This document shows positions 9,927 through 17,683 of a stretch of DNA of 30,162 bases, piece by piece. Source of the DNA: Actinomycetota bacterium. GTDB taxonomy: Bacteria > Actinomycetota > Actinomycetes > Nanopelagicales > Nanopelagicaceae. The first letter of the stretch is position 1; every line of letters starts with the position of its first letter. A program made the translations under genes and the position numbers. The notes beneath the pieces were generated by a model that saw only the letters and a list, made by a program, of their open reading frames with translations, made no database searches and had not been told where the DNA came from. The stretch spans positions 1 to 30,162 of the forward strand of contig JBEAXZ010000001.1 in the NCBI GenBank assembly GCA_041159565.1. The letters are read 5' to 3'.

Positions 9927-10504
9927 AGTTGAGTCTTCTGCTGCAATTTGCGCCAGCTAAACCAACCAAAGATTGCGAGAATGGTTAGCGCAACGTAAAG
10001 AACTGCAGTAAACCAATACTTTTGATTTGAGTAGTGATAAGTGGCAAATAGATTTATGCCAATCCATAAACTCCAAGCTTCGTGGCGCTGTAAGACCATA
10101 ACAATTTGTGCGACTGTGCTGGAAACCAATAGGAATGAGTCTGGCCTAGATGCTGCTGCTCCAATGTCAGAGAGAATCGGAGCGCTAACCAACCACATGC
10201 CGATCAGAGCCAGCGCCCACATACCGCGTTCCTTGTTGCTCATATATTTAGGTTGGGCACCAGTGGCATTCCATCCAAACCAGCCCCAAACCGCGGCTGA
10301 AATGAAAACAATCTGCAATAAGGCGCTGGCTAATAGATCAACCTCATAAAAAAAGATTCCGTACAAGGTGCTGCTTATTACCCACCAAGGCCAGGCGATT
10401 CTCTTACCTAAAGCCCCGAGAGTTACCGCAATAAAAGATGCAATTACAGAGGCAAACTCCAAATAGGTAACGCCATAACCCCAAGCGGTGAAGAAAACAG
10501 ACAT
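9923..10504 (-). CDS. pnuC: PnuC-family vitamin transporter (substrate unresolved: thiamine, a thiamine precursor, or nicotinamide riboside)
   Basis: Multi-TM protein with AWPWW, LLQ, STVAQ and the Pnu signature WxxWxxxN (WSLWIGIN). The true start is ATG 10504 (SD GGGAG 6 nt upstream); the track start at 10528 lies inside the riboswitch. Confidence 0.85.
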   Translation of the reverse strand: MSVFFTAWGYGVTYLEFASVIASFIAVTLGALGKRIAWPWWVISSTLYGIFFYEVDLLASALLQIVFISAAVWGWFGWNATGAQPKYMSNKERGMWALALIGMWLVSAPILSDIGAAASRPDSFLLVSSTVAQIVMVLQRHEAWSLWIGINLFATYHYSNQKYWFTAVLYVALTILAIFGWFSWRKLQQKTQL

Positions 10505-10507
10505 GAT

Positions 10508-10590
10508 TAGCTCCCTTCCAATTCGCATTACCGAACTGGTCTGACGGTCGACCCGCAGGTCCTCTCAGCCAACTTTTGGCTCCCGATTGG
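10508..10590 (-). promoter_or_regulatory. TPP-riboswitch-like element with non-canonical P4/P5
   Basis: The minus strand reads CCAAU-CGGGAGCCAAAAGUUGGC-UGAGA-G-GACCUGCGGGUC-GACCG-UCAG-ACCAGUUCGGUAAUGCGAAUUGGAAGGGAGC. It has P2 CGG/CCG, P3 GCCAA/UUGGC, the invariant UGAGA, P3a GACC/GGUC, L5 GUAAUG, and a 3' GAAGGGAG that is also the pnuC SD. Confidence 0.85.
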
Positions 10591-10595
10591 AATAG

Positions 10596-10605
10596 AGATT
10601 AACAT
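10596..10605. promoter_or_regulatory. Overlapping divergent -10 hexamers for the riboswitch-pnuC unit and crtYc
   Basis: Minus-strand TAATCT (10601-10596) is about 7 nt before the aptamer 5' end. Plus-strand TAACAT (10600-10605) is 5 nt before GTG 10611. Confidence 0.55.
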
Positions 10606-10610
10606 AAGAC

Positions 10611-10943
10611 GTGCTCCAATACAGTTACTTCGCCATGCTGGCCTTTACAGTGGTTGGGTCTTTTTGGCTGGAATTTATTTTCAAAGTAGGTGTATTGCGA
10701 AGGATGAAAAGGGCTTTACTGAGCATTATCCCTACCGCAACTATTTTTCTGATTTGGGATTACTACGCAGTTTACTCTGGACACTGGTTTTTCGATAAGC
10801 AACAGGTTGTCGGAGTTTATGGTCCCTCTGGCATACCGCTTGAGGAGTTTCTATTTTTCTTGGTAGTTCCGCTAGCTGCTTTGATGACAATTGAAGCGGT
10901 TCGCGCCGTTAAGAAACACTGGTCATTTGGAGATGAAATATGA
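10611..10943 (+). CDS. crtYc: Heterodimeric lycopene cyclase subunit (CrtYc-like)
   Basis: Small membrane protein with FLIWD, WFF and IPLEEFLFF. Lies in the carotenoid cluster and overlaps the next gene (ATGA). Confidence 0.85.
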   Translation: MLQYSYFAMLAFTVVGSFWLEFIFKVGVLRRMKRALLSIIPTATIFLIWDYYAVYSGHWFFDKQQVVGVYGPSGIPLEEFLFFLVVPLAALMTIEAVRAVKKHWSFGDEI

Positions 10944-11245
10944 CCTACACCCAATTAGCTCTACTTGCCGTTCCGTTGGTAGTAATTTTTGATTTATATA
11001 TTACCCGCTCTAGAATTTTGAAGCGTAAAAGCTTTTGGAACGCATACGCAATTTTGGTTTTTTTCCAATTAATAACAAACTGGTGGCTCACATCTAGAGG
11101 AATTCTTACCTACAGTGCTGATGCGATAACAGGGCTGAGAATTGCTGCCGCTCCTGCAGAAGACTTACTTTTCGGTTTCACAATGATCGTGATGACGATT
11201 TCTTTGTGGATGTATTGGGGTAGAAAAGGTGTACAGCGAGATTAA
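10940..11245 (+). CDS. crtYd: Heterodimeric lycopene cyclase subunit (CrtYd-like)
   Basis: Small membrane protein with MTYTQLA, TNWWLT and PAEDLLFGF. Confidence 0.85.
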   Translation: MTYTQLALLAVPLVVIFDLYITRSRILKRKSFWNAYAILVFFQLITNWWLTSRGILTYSADAITGLRIAAAPAEDLLFGFTMIVMTISLWMYWGRKGVQRD

Positions 11246-11247
11246 GG

Positions 11248-12156
11248 TTAGCGAACCTGTACCGCTTTAAACCAAGCTGGTAAAGCAACTTTGGCGCGAC
11301 GCAGAGTTGAGGTTTTGGCACGGTTATTGAAAACGTCGTAATCAATCTTTTCAACCTCATCAACGATTCCACAATAAAGTTCGCTAGCTGCCTGAATGCA
11401 GGGACGCGCTTCAGGGTTTAGCAGGGCAATACCTGAATCAGCTTTGGCTTGAAGCTCACGCACCCGATTAATTTGAAACTTCAAAGCTTCTATTACCTGA
11501 GGCGTTAACTTTCGCTCTTCCAACATTTTTCTGGAGACTCCAAAATGTTGCAGTTCTTGTAAAGGCAGGTAAACACGGCCTCGCTCCAAATCCTCGCCAA
11601 CATCTCTAATGAAGTTGGCGAGCTGGAAGGCAACTCCGAGATTCTCCGCTAGAGGCAGCGCTTCATTCTTTCTACCTTCTAACGTTCCCAACACATGAAC
11701 CATTTGTAATCCGATTACTGCAGCTGATCCATAAACATATTCCATAAGATCATCAAAACCTTGATACTCGGTTACGATTAAATCCATTGCCATAGAATGT
11801 AGGAATGCTTCAAAGTAGGAGATGGGAATTTCAAATTTCTGTACCGTGTCCACTAAAGCCGCCCCTACATGGTCAGAGCTTCTGCCGTTAGAGATATCCT
11901 GCAGCATCTGATCGCTCCAGCGTCTCAGATAATCTGACTTTTCCTGATTTGAAAGTGTGGAGGCCAAATCATCAACGATTTCATCGGCATAGCGAGCAAA
12001 TCCATATAAGGCATGTACATGGGGACGTTTAGCTTTTGGAAGCAGCAATGTGGCTAAGTAATAAGTTTTACCATGCAGCGAATTGAGTCTCTTACATTCT
12101 GCATAAGAGGCTCGAAGTGCTGGTTGGGTAATTCCAGCCGCTGTTAACTCATCCAT
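11248..12156 (-). CDS. crtB: Phytoene synthase
   Basis: Motifs HGKTYYLAT, ALYGFARYADEIVDD, YVYGSAAVIG and QLANFIRDVGEDLERGRVYLP. Confidence 0.96.
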   Translation of the reverse strand: MDELTAAGITQPALRASYAECKRLNSLHGKTYYLATLLLPKAKRPHVHALYGFARYADEIVDDLASTLSNQEKSDYLRRWSDQMLQDISNGRSSDHVGAALVDTVQKFEIPISYFEAFLHSMAMDLIVTEYQGFDDLMEYVYGSAAVIGLQMVHVLGTLEGRKNEALPLAENLGVAFQLANFIRDVGEDLERGRVYLPLQELQHFGVSRKMLEERKLTPQVIEALKFQINRVRELQAKADSGIALLNPEARPCIQAASELYCGIVDEVEKIDYDVFNNRAKTSTLRRAKVALPAWFKAVQVR

Positions 12157-12169
12157 AGTTGATTAAAGA

Positions 12170-13651
12170 CTACTTGACTGGCCCAACGATTCTCTCAGCG
12201 GCTAATCTTCCAGAGATTAGAACCATTGGAACACCAACCCCAGGCTGCGTTCCACTTCCAGTAAAGACCACATTGTCAAAGCCCTTAGCTAAATTCTTTG
12301 GTCTGAATGGTCCGGTTTGGAAGAAGGTGTGTGCGCTAGCAAAAGGTGCACCACGTTCTAGTCCCATGGCTTCCCACTCCAATGGCGTGGTTATGTGTTC
12401 GACCTCGATTGAATCGGCAAAACCTGTGTAACCGCGTTGTTCCATAGTTCTCAACATTTGATCGCGGTACTGGAGTTTGGTTTTCTTCCAATCAATATCA
12501 GCATCGAGGTTTGGGGTAGGGAAGAGAATGTAATAACTATGTTTACCTTTGGGAGCGAGTGCAGGATCATCCTTTGAAGGAACGGTAACTAAAAGGCTTG
12601 GGTCGCTCATTAAAGTTTTCTTCTTGATTAGTTCATCAAATACGCCATCCCATGATTCGCCGAAGTGAATGTTGTGATGAGCTAGGTGATCATAGCTTCG
12701 TGAAGAGCCGGCCAAAATTGTTACACAAGAAGGTGAATAGTTAAGGCGCTTGATTGATAAAGGGGATTTCCCTAATAGATCTCGCCATGCTACCGGTAGA
12801 TCAGGATTTAGGACCAGTGCATCACATTCGATCCGTTCGCCACTCGAGGTAATTACAGCTGTCGCTCTAGAACCACTCTTCTCAATTGTTTCTACGGTTG
12901 TGTTGTACTTAAACTCAACGCCATGCTTTGCAGCTGCTCCAGCCAAAGCTCGTGGAAGCGCATGCATTCCACCTTTTGGAAAGAAGACGCCATTAACCGA
13001 ATCCATGTAGGCAATAACCGCATAAATTGCCAGTGCTTGCTGTGGTGACACTCCGGCATACATTGCCTGGAATGAGTAAACCTTCTGGGTTCTGGGATCT
13101 TTTAGAAATTGTGAAACTTTTGGCGCTAATCTTCTAAACCCGCCAAGGGCAATTAACCGGGCCAAATTTGGAGTAAGCAAGTTTAAAGGCGTATCAATAT
13201 TTCTATCAATGAAATCATTCATTTCATAGCGGTAAAGCTTGGTAACAAACTCGACATAACGACGATATCCCGCCGCTTCATCACTGCCGATTACCTTTTC
13301 AATCTCAGCCTCCATTTGAGCGGTATCAGCATGAACATCTAACTGAGATCCATCATGATAAAAAGCTCGATATAAAGGCTGAAGCGGCATCAACTCGAGC
13401 CAATCCTCCAACTTCTCGCCAACGCAGGCCAGAGCATCAGAGATTAAGTCCGGCATGGTTAGCACAGTCGGTCCGGTATCAAATGAATAACCGGATTTCT
13501 CCAATAAACCATTTCGACCACCGGGAACAGATTCCCGCTCAATTACAGTGACTTTTCTACCTGCGCCTGCGAGACGTAAAGCGGTGCTGAGTCCAGCCAA
13601 TCCAGCCCCAACTACAACAACATGATCGCTCTTACCTTTGATGGTGCGCAT
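12170..13651 (-). CDS. crtI: Phytoene desaturase
   Basis: Motifs VVGAGLAGL, FDTGPTVLTMP, FPKGGMHAL and PGVGVPMVLISGRLAAERI. Sits between crtE and crtB. Confidence 0.93.
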   Translation of the reverse strand: MRTIKGKSDHVVVVGAGLAGLSTALRLAGAGRKVTVIERESVPGGRNGLLEKSGYSFDTGPTVLTMPDLISDALACVGEKLEDWLELMPLQPLYRAFYHDGSQLDVHADTAQMEAEIEKVIGSDEAAGYRRYVEFVTKLYRYEMNDFIDRNIDTPLNLLTPNLARLIALGGFRRLAPKVSQFLKDPRTQKVYSFQAMYAGVSPQQALAIYAVIAYMDSVNGVFFPKGGMHALPRALAGAAAKHGVEFKYNTTVETIEKSGSRATAVITSSGERIECDALVLNPDLPVAWRDLLGKSPLSIKRLNYSPSCVTILAGSSRSYDHLAHHNIHFGESWDGVFDELIKKKTLMSDPSLLVTVPSKDDPALAPKGKHSYYILFPTPNLDADIDWKKTKLQYRDQMLRTMEQRGYTGFADSIEVEHITTPLEWEAMGLERGAPFASAHTFFQTGPFRPKNLAKGFDNVVFTGSGTQPGVGVPMVLISGRLAAERIVGPVK

Positions 13652-14713
13652 TTATAAGCTCCGTTGGGTAGCGATGATGGCCATTTCCTCTAATGCACGG
13701 CCAATCTTGGTATCAATAAGTGGATCTCGCAATGCGAAAACGGCTTGCTCGGTCAACTCTGTGATGAGCTTCTCAACCTTGTCCTTTGCCCCGCAACCCT
13801 GGATTATTTGCTGTAGTTCGGCAATTTCTCCGTCAGAGATGTCCTGTTTACCAAGACCATTCTGGATTTTCTCTTTGTCTTCTGGAGCTGCCAGCTCCAT
13901 GGTTGTCGCGATTAACACAGTGCGCTTTCCTTCACGTAAATCATCACCAGATGGCTTTCCAGTGATTTTGGAATCGCCAAATACCCCAAGGAGATCATCG
14001 CGTAATTGAAAAGCTTCACCAAGAGGTAATCCATAACTGGAGAAAGTTTGGAAGAGATCGCTTCGCCCTGCCAGTGCAGCTCCAAAGTGCAAGGGCCTTT
14101 CGATGGAGTACTTGCCTGATTTGAATCGAGCTACTTTTAAAGATCTCTCAACACTTGTCGTAGCTAGCGCACCTTCCAAAACGTCCAAGTATTGTCCAGC
14201 CATCAACTCATCGCGCATTTCACAGAATACTTCTTGGCAATTAATAAACTCTGACTGAGCGATCCCAGATTCCACTAACATTCGATCCGCCCAGACCAAA
14301 GCCAAATCACCTAACAAAATTGCAGATGCGGTACCGAATCTTTGCGGATCGCCTTTTAAATTCTCCGAGCGATGAATGCCTTCAAATAATTTGTGAATGG
14401 CGGGTTTATTGCGCCTGGTATCTGACCCATCCATAACATCGTCATGAATTAGAGCGCAAACATGGACCAGCTCCAGCGCTGTACAGGCCTTTAAAATCTC
14501 TGGCCGAGGGTTTGCGCCACTCGCCAGGTAGCCCAAGTAAGCAAAAAGGGGCCTAAATCTTTTTCCACCATCATTTATGAAATCTGTCATCGCCTTAGCC
14601 ACAGGCGTTAACTCTGAGCCAATACTGCCCAGGTTGGCGCTTCGAGAGGTGGTGAACTCCGCCAGTATCTGATTCAGCTCATGTCTAATCTGAGAAAGTT
14701 CCAAAGATTTCAC
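13652..14713 (-). CDS. crtE: Geranylgeranyl diphosphate synthase (IdsA2/CrtE-like polyprenyl synthetase)
   Basis: Motifs GGKRFRP, LIHDDVMDGSDTRR, GQYLD, KSGKYS and FQLRDDLLG. Confidence 0.92.
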   Translation of the reverse strand: MKSLELSQIRHELNQILAEFTTSRSANLGSIGSELTPVAKAMTDFINDGGKRFRPLFAYLGYLASGANPRPEILKACTALELVHVCALIHDDVMDGSDTRRNKPAIHKLFEGIHRSENLKGDPQRFGTASAILLGDLALVWADRMLVESGIAQSEFINCQEVFCEMRDELMAGQYLDVLEGALATTSVERSLKVARFKSGKYSIERPLHFGAALAGRSDLFQTFSSYGLPLGEAFQLRDDLLGVFGDSKITGKPSGDDLREGKRTVLIATTMELAAPEDKEKIQNGLGKQDISDGEIAELQQIIQGCGAKDKVEKLITELTEQAVFALRDPLIDTKIGRALEEMAIIATQRSL

Positions 14714-14719
14714 GGCGCA

Positions 14720-14729
14720 ACGGTACCCT
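14720..14729. promoter_or_regulatory. Overlapping divergent -10 hexamers for leaderless crtE and metF
   Basis: Minus-strand TACCGT (14725-14720) is 6 nt before GTG 14713. Plus-strand TACCCT (14724-14729) is 8 nt before ATG 14738. Only 24 bp separate the two starts. Confidence 0.58.
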
Positions 14730-14737
14730 CCCGCTAT

Positions 14738-15586
14738 ATGTCTGGCTCGCCTACTTTTTCCGTTGAATTCTTTCCGCCCAAGGATGAGGCGGGAGAGGGC
14801 CGACTATGGGAGGCTTTAGCAGCCTTCGCAGATTGTCGCCCCGATTTCGCATCTGTCACCTATGGCGCCGGAGGTTCCTCTAGAGATCGCACCATAAAAA
14901 TTACCTCTGCTATAACCGTGCGCACCGGCATTCCAACTATCGCTCACCTAACATGTGTCGGCTCCACCAAAACAGAACTAGAAAAAATTCTGCAGCAATA
15001 TTCAGAATCTGGAATTAAATCTATTTTAGCCTTGCGTGGCGATCCTCAAGGTGGACCACAAGCCGATTGGATTTCGACGCCAAATGGATTTGATCACGCC
15101 GACGAGTTAGTTTCCTTAGGAGTACAGAGAGGTTTTGAAGTTGGCGTTGCCGCTTTTCCAGATGGCCACCCATCATCCAAAGGGGATTTCTCAAAAGATA
15201 TTGCAGTCTTATTGGAAAAGGAGAGAAGAGGAGCCAGTTTTGCGACCACTCAATTTTTCTTCGAGATAGATAAGTACTTTAATTTGGTTCAAAGTTTGAA
15301 GTTGGCTGGTTCTAAACTTGCTATTTTCCCCGGGATATTGCCCATAACAAATATCGCACAATTAAATCGCATGTCTCAGCTTTCAGGAACCCCAGTTCCA
15401 ACTCACGTGCAAGAAAGAATCTCGCAACATGAGTCGGATCCAGTGCGATTAAGAGAGGCTGGAATCGAGATTGCTGTAGAAATTTGCCAAGAGTTATTGA
15501 ACAGGGGAGTACCTGGCTTGCACTTCTATACGATGAACTCTGCAGTTTCTTCTAAAGAAATAGTCAGACGGATTGGTTTGAAATGA
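14738..15586 (+). CDS. metF: 5,10-methylenetetrahydrofolate reductase
   Basis: Motifs FSVEFFPPK, SVTYGAGGS, HLTCV, LALRGDP, TQFFF and GLHFYTMN. Start moved to ATG 14738 to avoid overlapping crtE. Confidence 0.94.
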   Translation: MSGSPTFSVEFFPPKDEAGEGRLWEALAAFADCRPDFASVTYGAGGSSRDRTIKITSAITVRTGIPTIAHLTCVGSTKTELEKILQQYSESGIKSILALRGDPQGGPQADWISTPNGFDHADELVSLGVQRGFEVGVAAFPDGHPSSKGDFSKDIAVLLEKERRGASFATTQFFFEIDKYFNLVQSLKLAGSKLAIFPGILPITNIAQLNRMSQLSGTPVPTHVQERISQHESDPVRLREAGIEIAVEICQELLNRGVPGLHFYTMNSAVSSKEIVRRIGLK

Positions 15587-16212
15587 AGCGGGAAGATTTC
15601 TTTTTAGAGTGGAGCAAGCTACATGGTGATGCAGAGATTAAAGGCATCGTCAAAGGCTGGCTATCTATTAGTTTTGCAGTTTGCAGTTTCATTTCTAAAT
15701 TAAAAGTTACACCCAATGGATTGAGTTATTTATCCTTGCTTTTAGCTGCTGGTTTTTTAATATTTATTGATTCAAACTGGGCAATTGCGCTACTGGTGTT
15801 ATCACTTGCGGCAGATGGCCTGGATGGAACATTGGCAATTATTACTGAACGCGTCAGTAAGTGGGGCGCAGCTCTTGATGCTGTTGCGGATCGAATAGTC
15901 GAAGCCATATGGGCGATTGGCCTTTATTTTTTAGGCGCTCCTTTAGAAGTAGTTGTATTGGCTTGGTTGGCGGCCTTTGTGCAGGAGTACATGAGAGCAC
16001 GGGCTGGAGGATTGGGCTTTCATAACATCGGGGTGGTCACAGTTGCAGAAAGGCCAATCCGAGCCAGCATGGTATTTATCGTCTTGGTTGCAAGAGCTGT
16101 TGAACTCGATCTTAGCTTTGGAATATCAATTTTCTGGGCTGTGCTTCAAACCTTCTCAGCATTTACTGTTTTCTTTACTCTTCGACAGCTGTTGCGACAA
16201 TCTCAGCGCTAA
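15583..16212 (+). CDS. CDP-alcohol phosphatidyltransferase family protein
   Basis: Contains TPNGLS and DGLDGTLAI-x7-GAALDAVADR, the family motif with the usual Arg replaced by Ile. ATGA overlap with metF. Confidence 0.82.
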   Translation: MKREDFFLEWSKLHGDAEIKGIVKGWLSISFAVCSFISKLKVTPNGLSYLSLLLAAGFLIFIDSNWAIALLVLSLAADGLDGTLAIITERVSKWGAALDAVADRIVEAIWAIGLYFLGAPLEVVVLAWLAAFVQEYMRARAGGLGFHNIGVVTVAERPIRASMVFIVLVARAVELDLSFGISIFWAVLQTFSAFTVFFTLRQLLRQSQR

Positions 16213-17683
16213 TTCCTACCAGAGGCAGCCCGCCTCCTGGATGGGCAGATCCGCCCACGCAATAAAGGTTTTTAATCGGGGAACGGTTTTTGGCGCGCAA
16301 GAATGCCGAGCGCACCCCATTACTAGATGTTCCATATATAGATCCACCTGGAGCGCTTACGTTGATTTCTAAATCTGCGGGAGTTCGAATCTCCATTACC
16401 TGCAATCTGGAGCGAACCTCCAAGCCACGCAACTCCATCAAATCAATAATGTGGTTGGCATAACTCTCTTTCAATCCGGGCTGCAGCCAATCAAAACCGG
16501 TAATTGGCTCATGTCTTGGAGCATTAATTAGAACAAACCAATTTTCTGAAGTTTCATCTTTAAGCATTTTAGGATCACCGGGATTGCAAATATAGATTGC
16601 GGGATCACGAACAGGCTGCTTTTCCTTAAAGATCTGATCAAACTCAGCGTCATAATTCTCTGGAAAGAAAACGGTGTGGTGGCCCAGATTGGATTTTCCC
16701 GATAAGCCAAGCAATAAACTGAATCCTGAGAGGGAAGGAGTAGCTTTTTTCAATGCTTTTCTCGCGCTGTTTGTCCTCCTGACTTTGGGAAGTAGTTTGT
16801 TGTAAACCAATTCAGCATCAGCATTTGCCACGACAACATCTGAATAATGCTCGGAATCATCTTCTAACTTAACCCCAATAGCAACCTTGTCCTTGAGTAA
16901 GATGTTTTTAACCGCCGAGTTGAATCGAAGATCGACACCTAAATCTCTAACTCGAGACTCCAAAGTTGTTGCCAAGCCGCCCAGGCCACCTTCAACATGC
17001 CAGGCGCCAAATGCCTCTTCGACAAATGCAATGGTTAGTAGAACAGCAGGAACTTCACGTGGATCAGATCCAGTGTAGGTTGCATAGCGGTCAATAATTT
17101 TTCTCAAGTAGGGATTGTTGGTGTATTGATTAGTTAAGTTTCGCAGAGATGTAGATGGTGCAATTGTTTTTAGATCCTTTAGAAAAGATTTGCGTTTTAG
17201 GATTTGAAGTGGTGATCTAAGCTCACTTTCAATAAAGGATTCCCGGGAGGCATCCCACATTTTTTCTGCTCGGGATAAGAGTTGATGCCATTCTTGCCCT
17301 GCCTGTGCACCAAATGCTGCTGCAATCGCAGATACGGTGTTGTTATGAGATAGATTGGGGAAAACCACCTTTACTCCATCATGAAAGATATATGTAAAGG
17401 CGGGATCCACTGGCTTGATGTTTAAGAGATGTTCAATTCGCTTTCCGGTCTTCAAAAAAAGATCACGGTAAACTGCAGGGAGAGTAAGTAGTGATGGGCC
17501 GGTATCAAATGCAAAACCATCAATCCACTCAGTTCGGCATTTGCCTCCAGCAAACTCTGCAGCCTCGAAAATCTGAACCTTGTGGCCACGTTTAGCTAAA
17601 CGTGCAGCGGTAGCCAAGCCCCCCATTCCCGCACCAATAACAATCACCCGTTTGGGTGACTCGGTAACCCGGTGGTAACTCAT
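16175..17683 (-). CDS. Second CrtI-family FAD carotenoid desaturase/oxidase, probably CrtD-like (1'-hydroxycarotenoid 3',4'-desaturase)
   Basis: Motifs IGAGMGGL, FDTGPSLLTLP and HPGGGLPLV. Co-transcribed with GT2, CruF-like and CrtA-like genes. The CrtD assignment rests on context. Confidence 0.8.
   Translation of the reverse strand: MSYHRVTESPKRVIVIGAGMGGLATAARLAKRGHKVQIFEAAEFAGGKCRTEWIDGFAFDTGPSLLTLPAVYRDLFLKTGKRIEHLLNIKPVDPAFTYIFHDGVKVVFPNLSHNNTVSAIAAAFGAQAGQEWHQLLSRAEKMWDASRESFIESELRSPLQILKRKSFLKDLKTIAPSTSLRNLTNQYTNNPYLRKIIDRYATYTGSDPREVPAVLLTIAFVEEAFGAWHVEGGLGGLATTLESRVRDLGVDLRFNSAVKNILLKDKVAIGVKLEDDSEHYSDVVVANADAELVYNKLLPKVRRTNSARKALKKATPSLSGFSLLLGLSGKSNLGHHTVFFPENYDAEFDQIFKEKQPVRDPAIYICNPGDPKMLKDETSENWFVLINAPRHEPITGFDWLQPGLKESYANHIIDLMELRGLEVRSRLQVMEIRTPADLEINVSAPGGSIYGTSSNGVRSAFLRAKNRSPIKNLYCVGGSAHPGGGLPLVGISAEIVATAVEE

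Noticed and set aside
10505-10528. N-terminal extension MRIGRELI of the Pnu protein
   Set aside because: It runs through the riboswitch P5/SD; ATG 10504 has a properly spaced SD.
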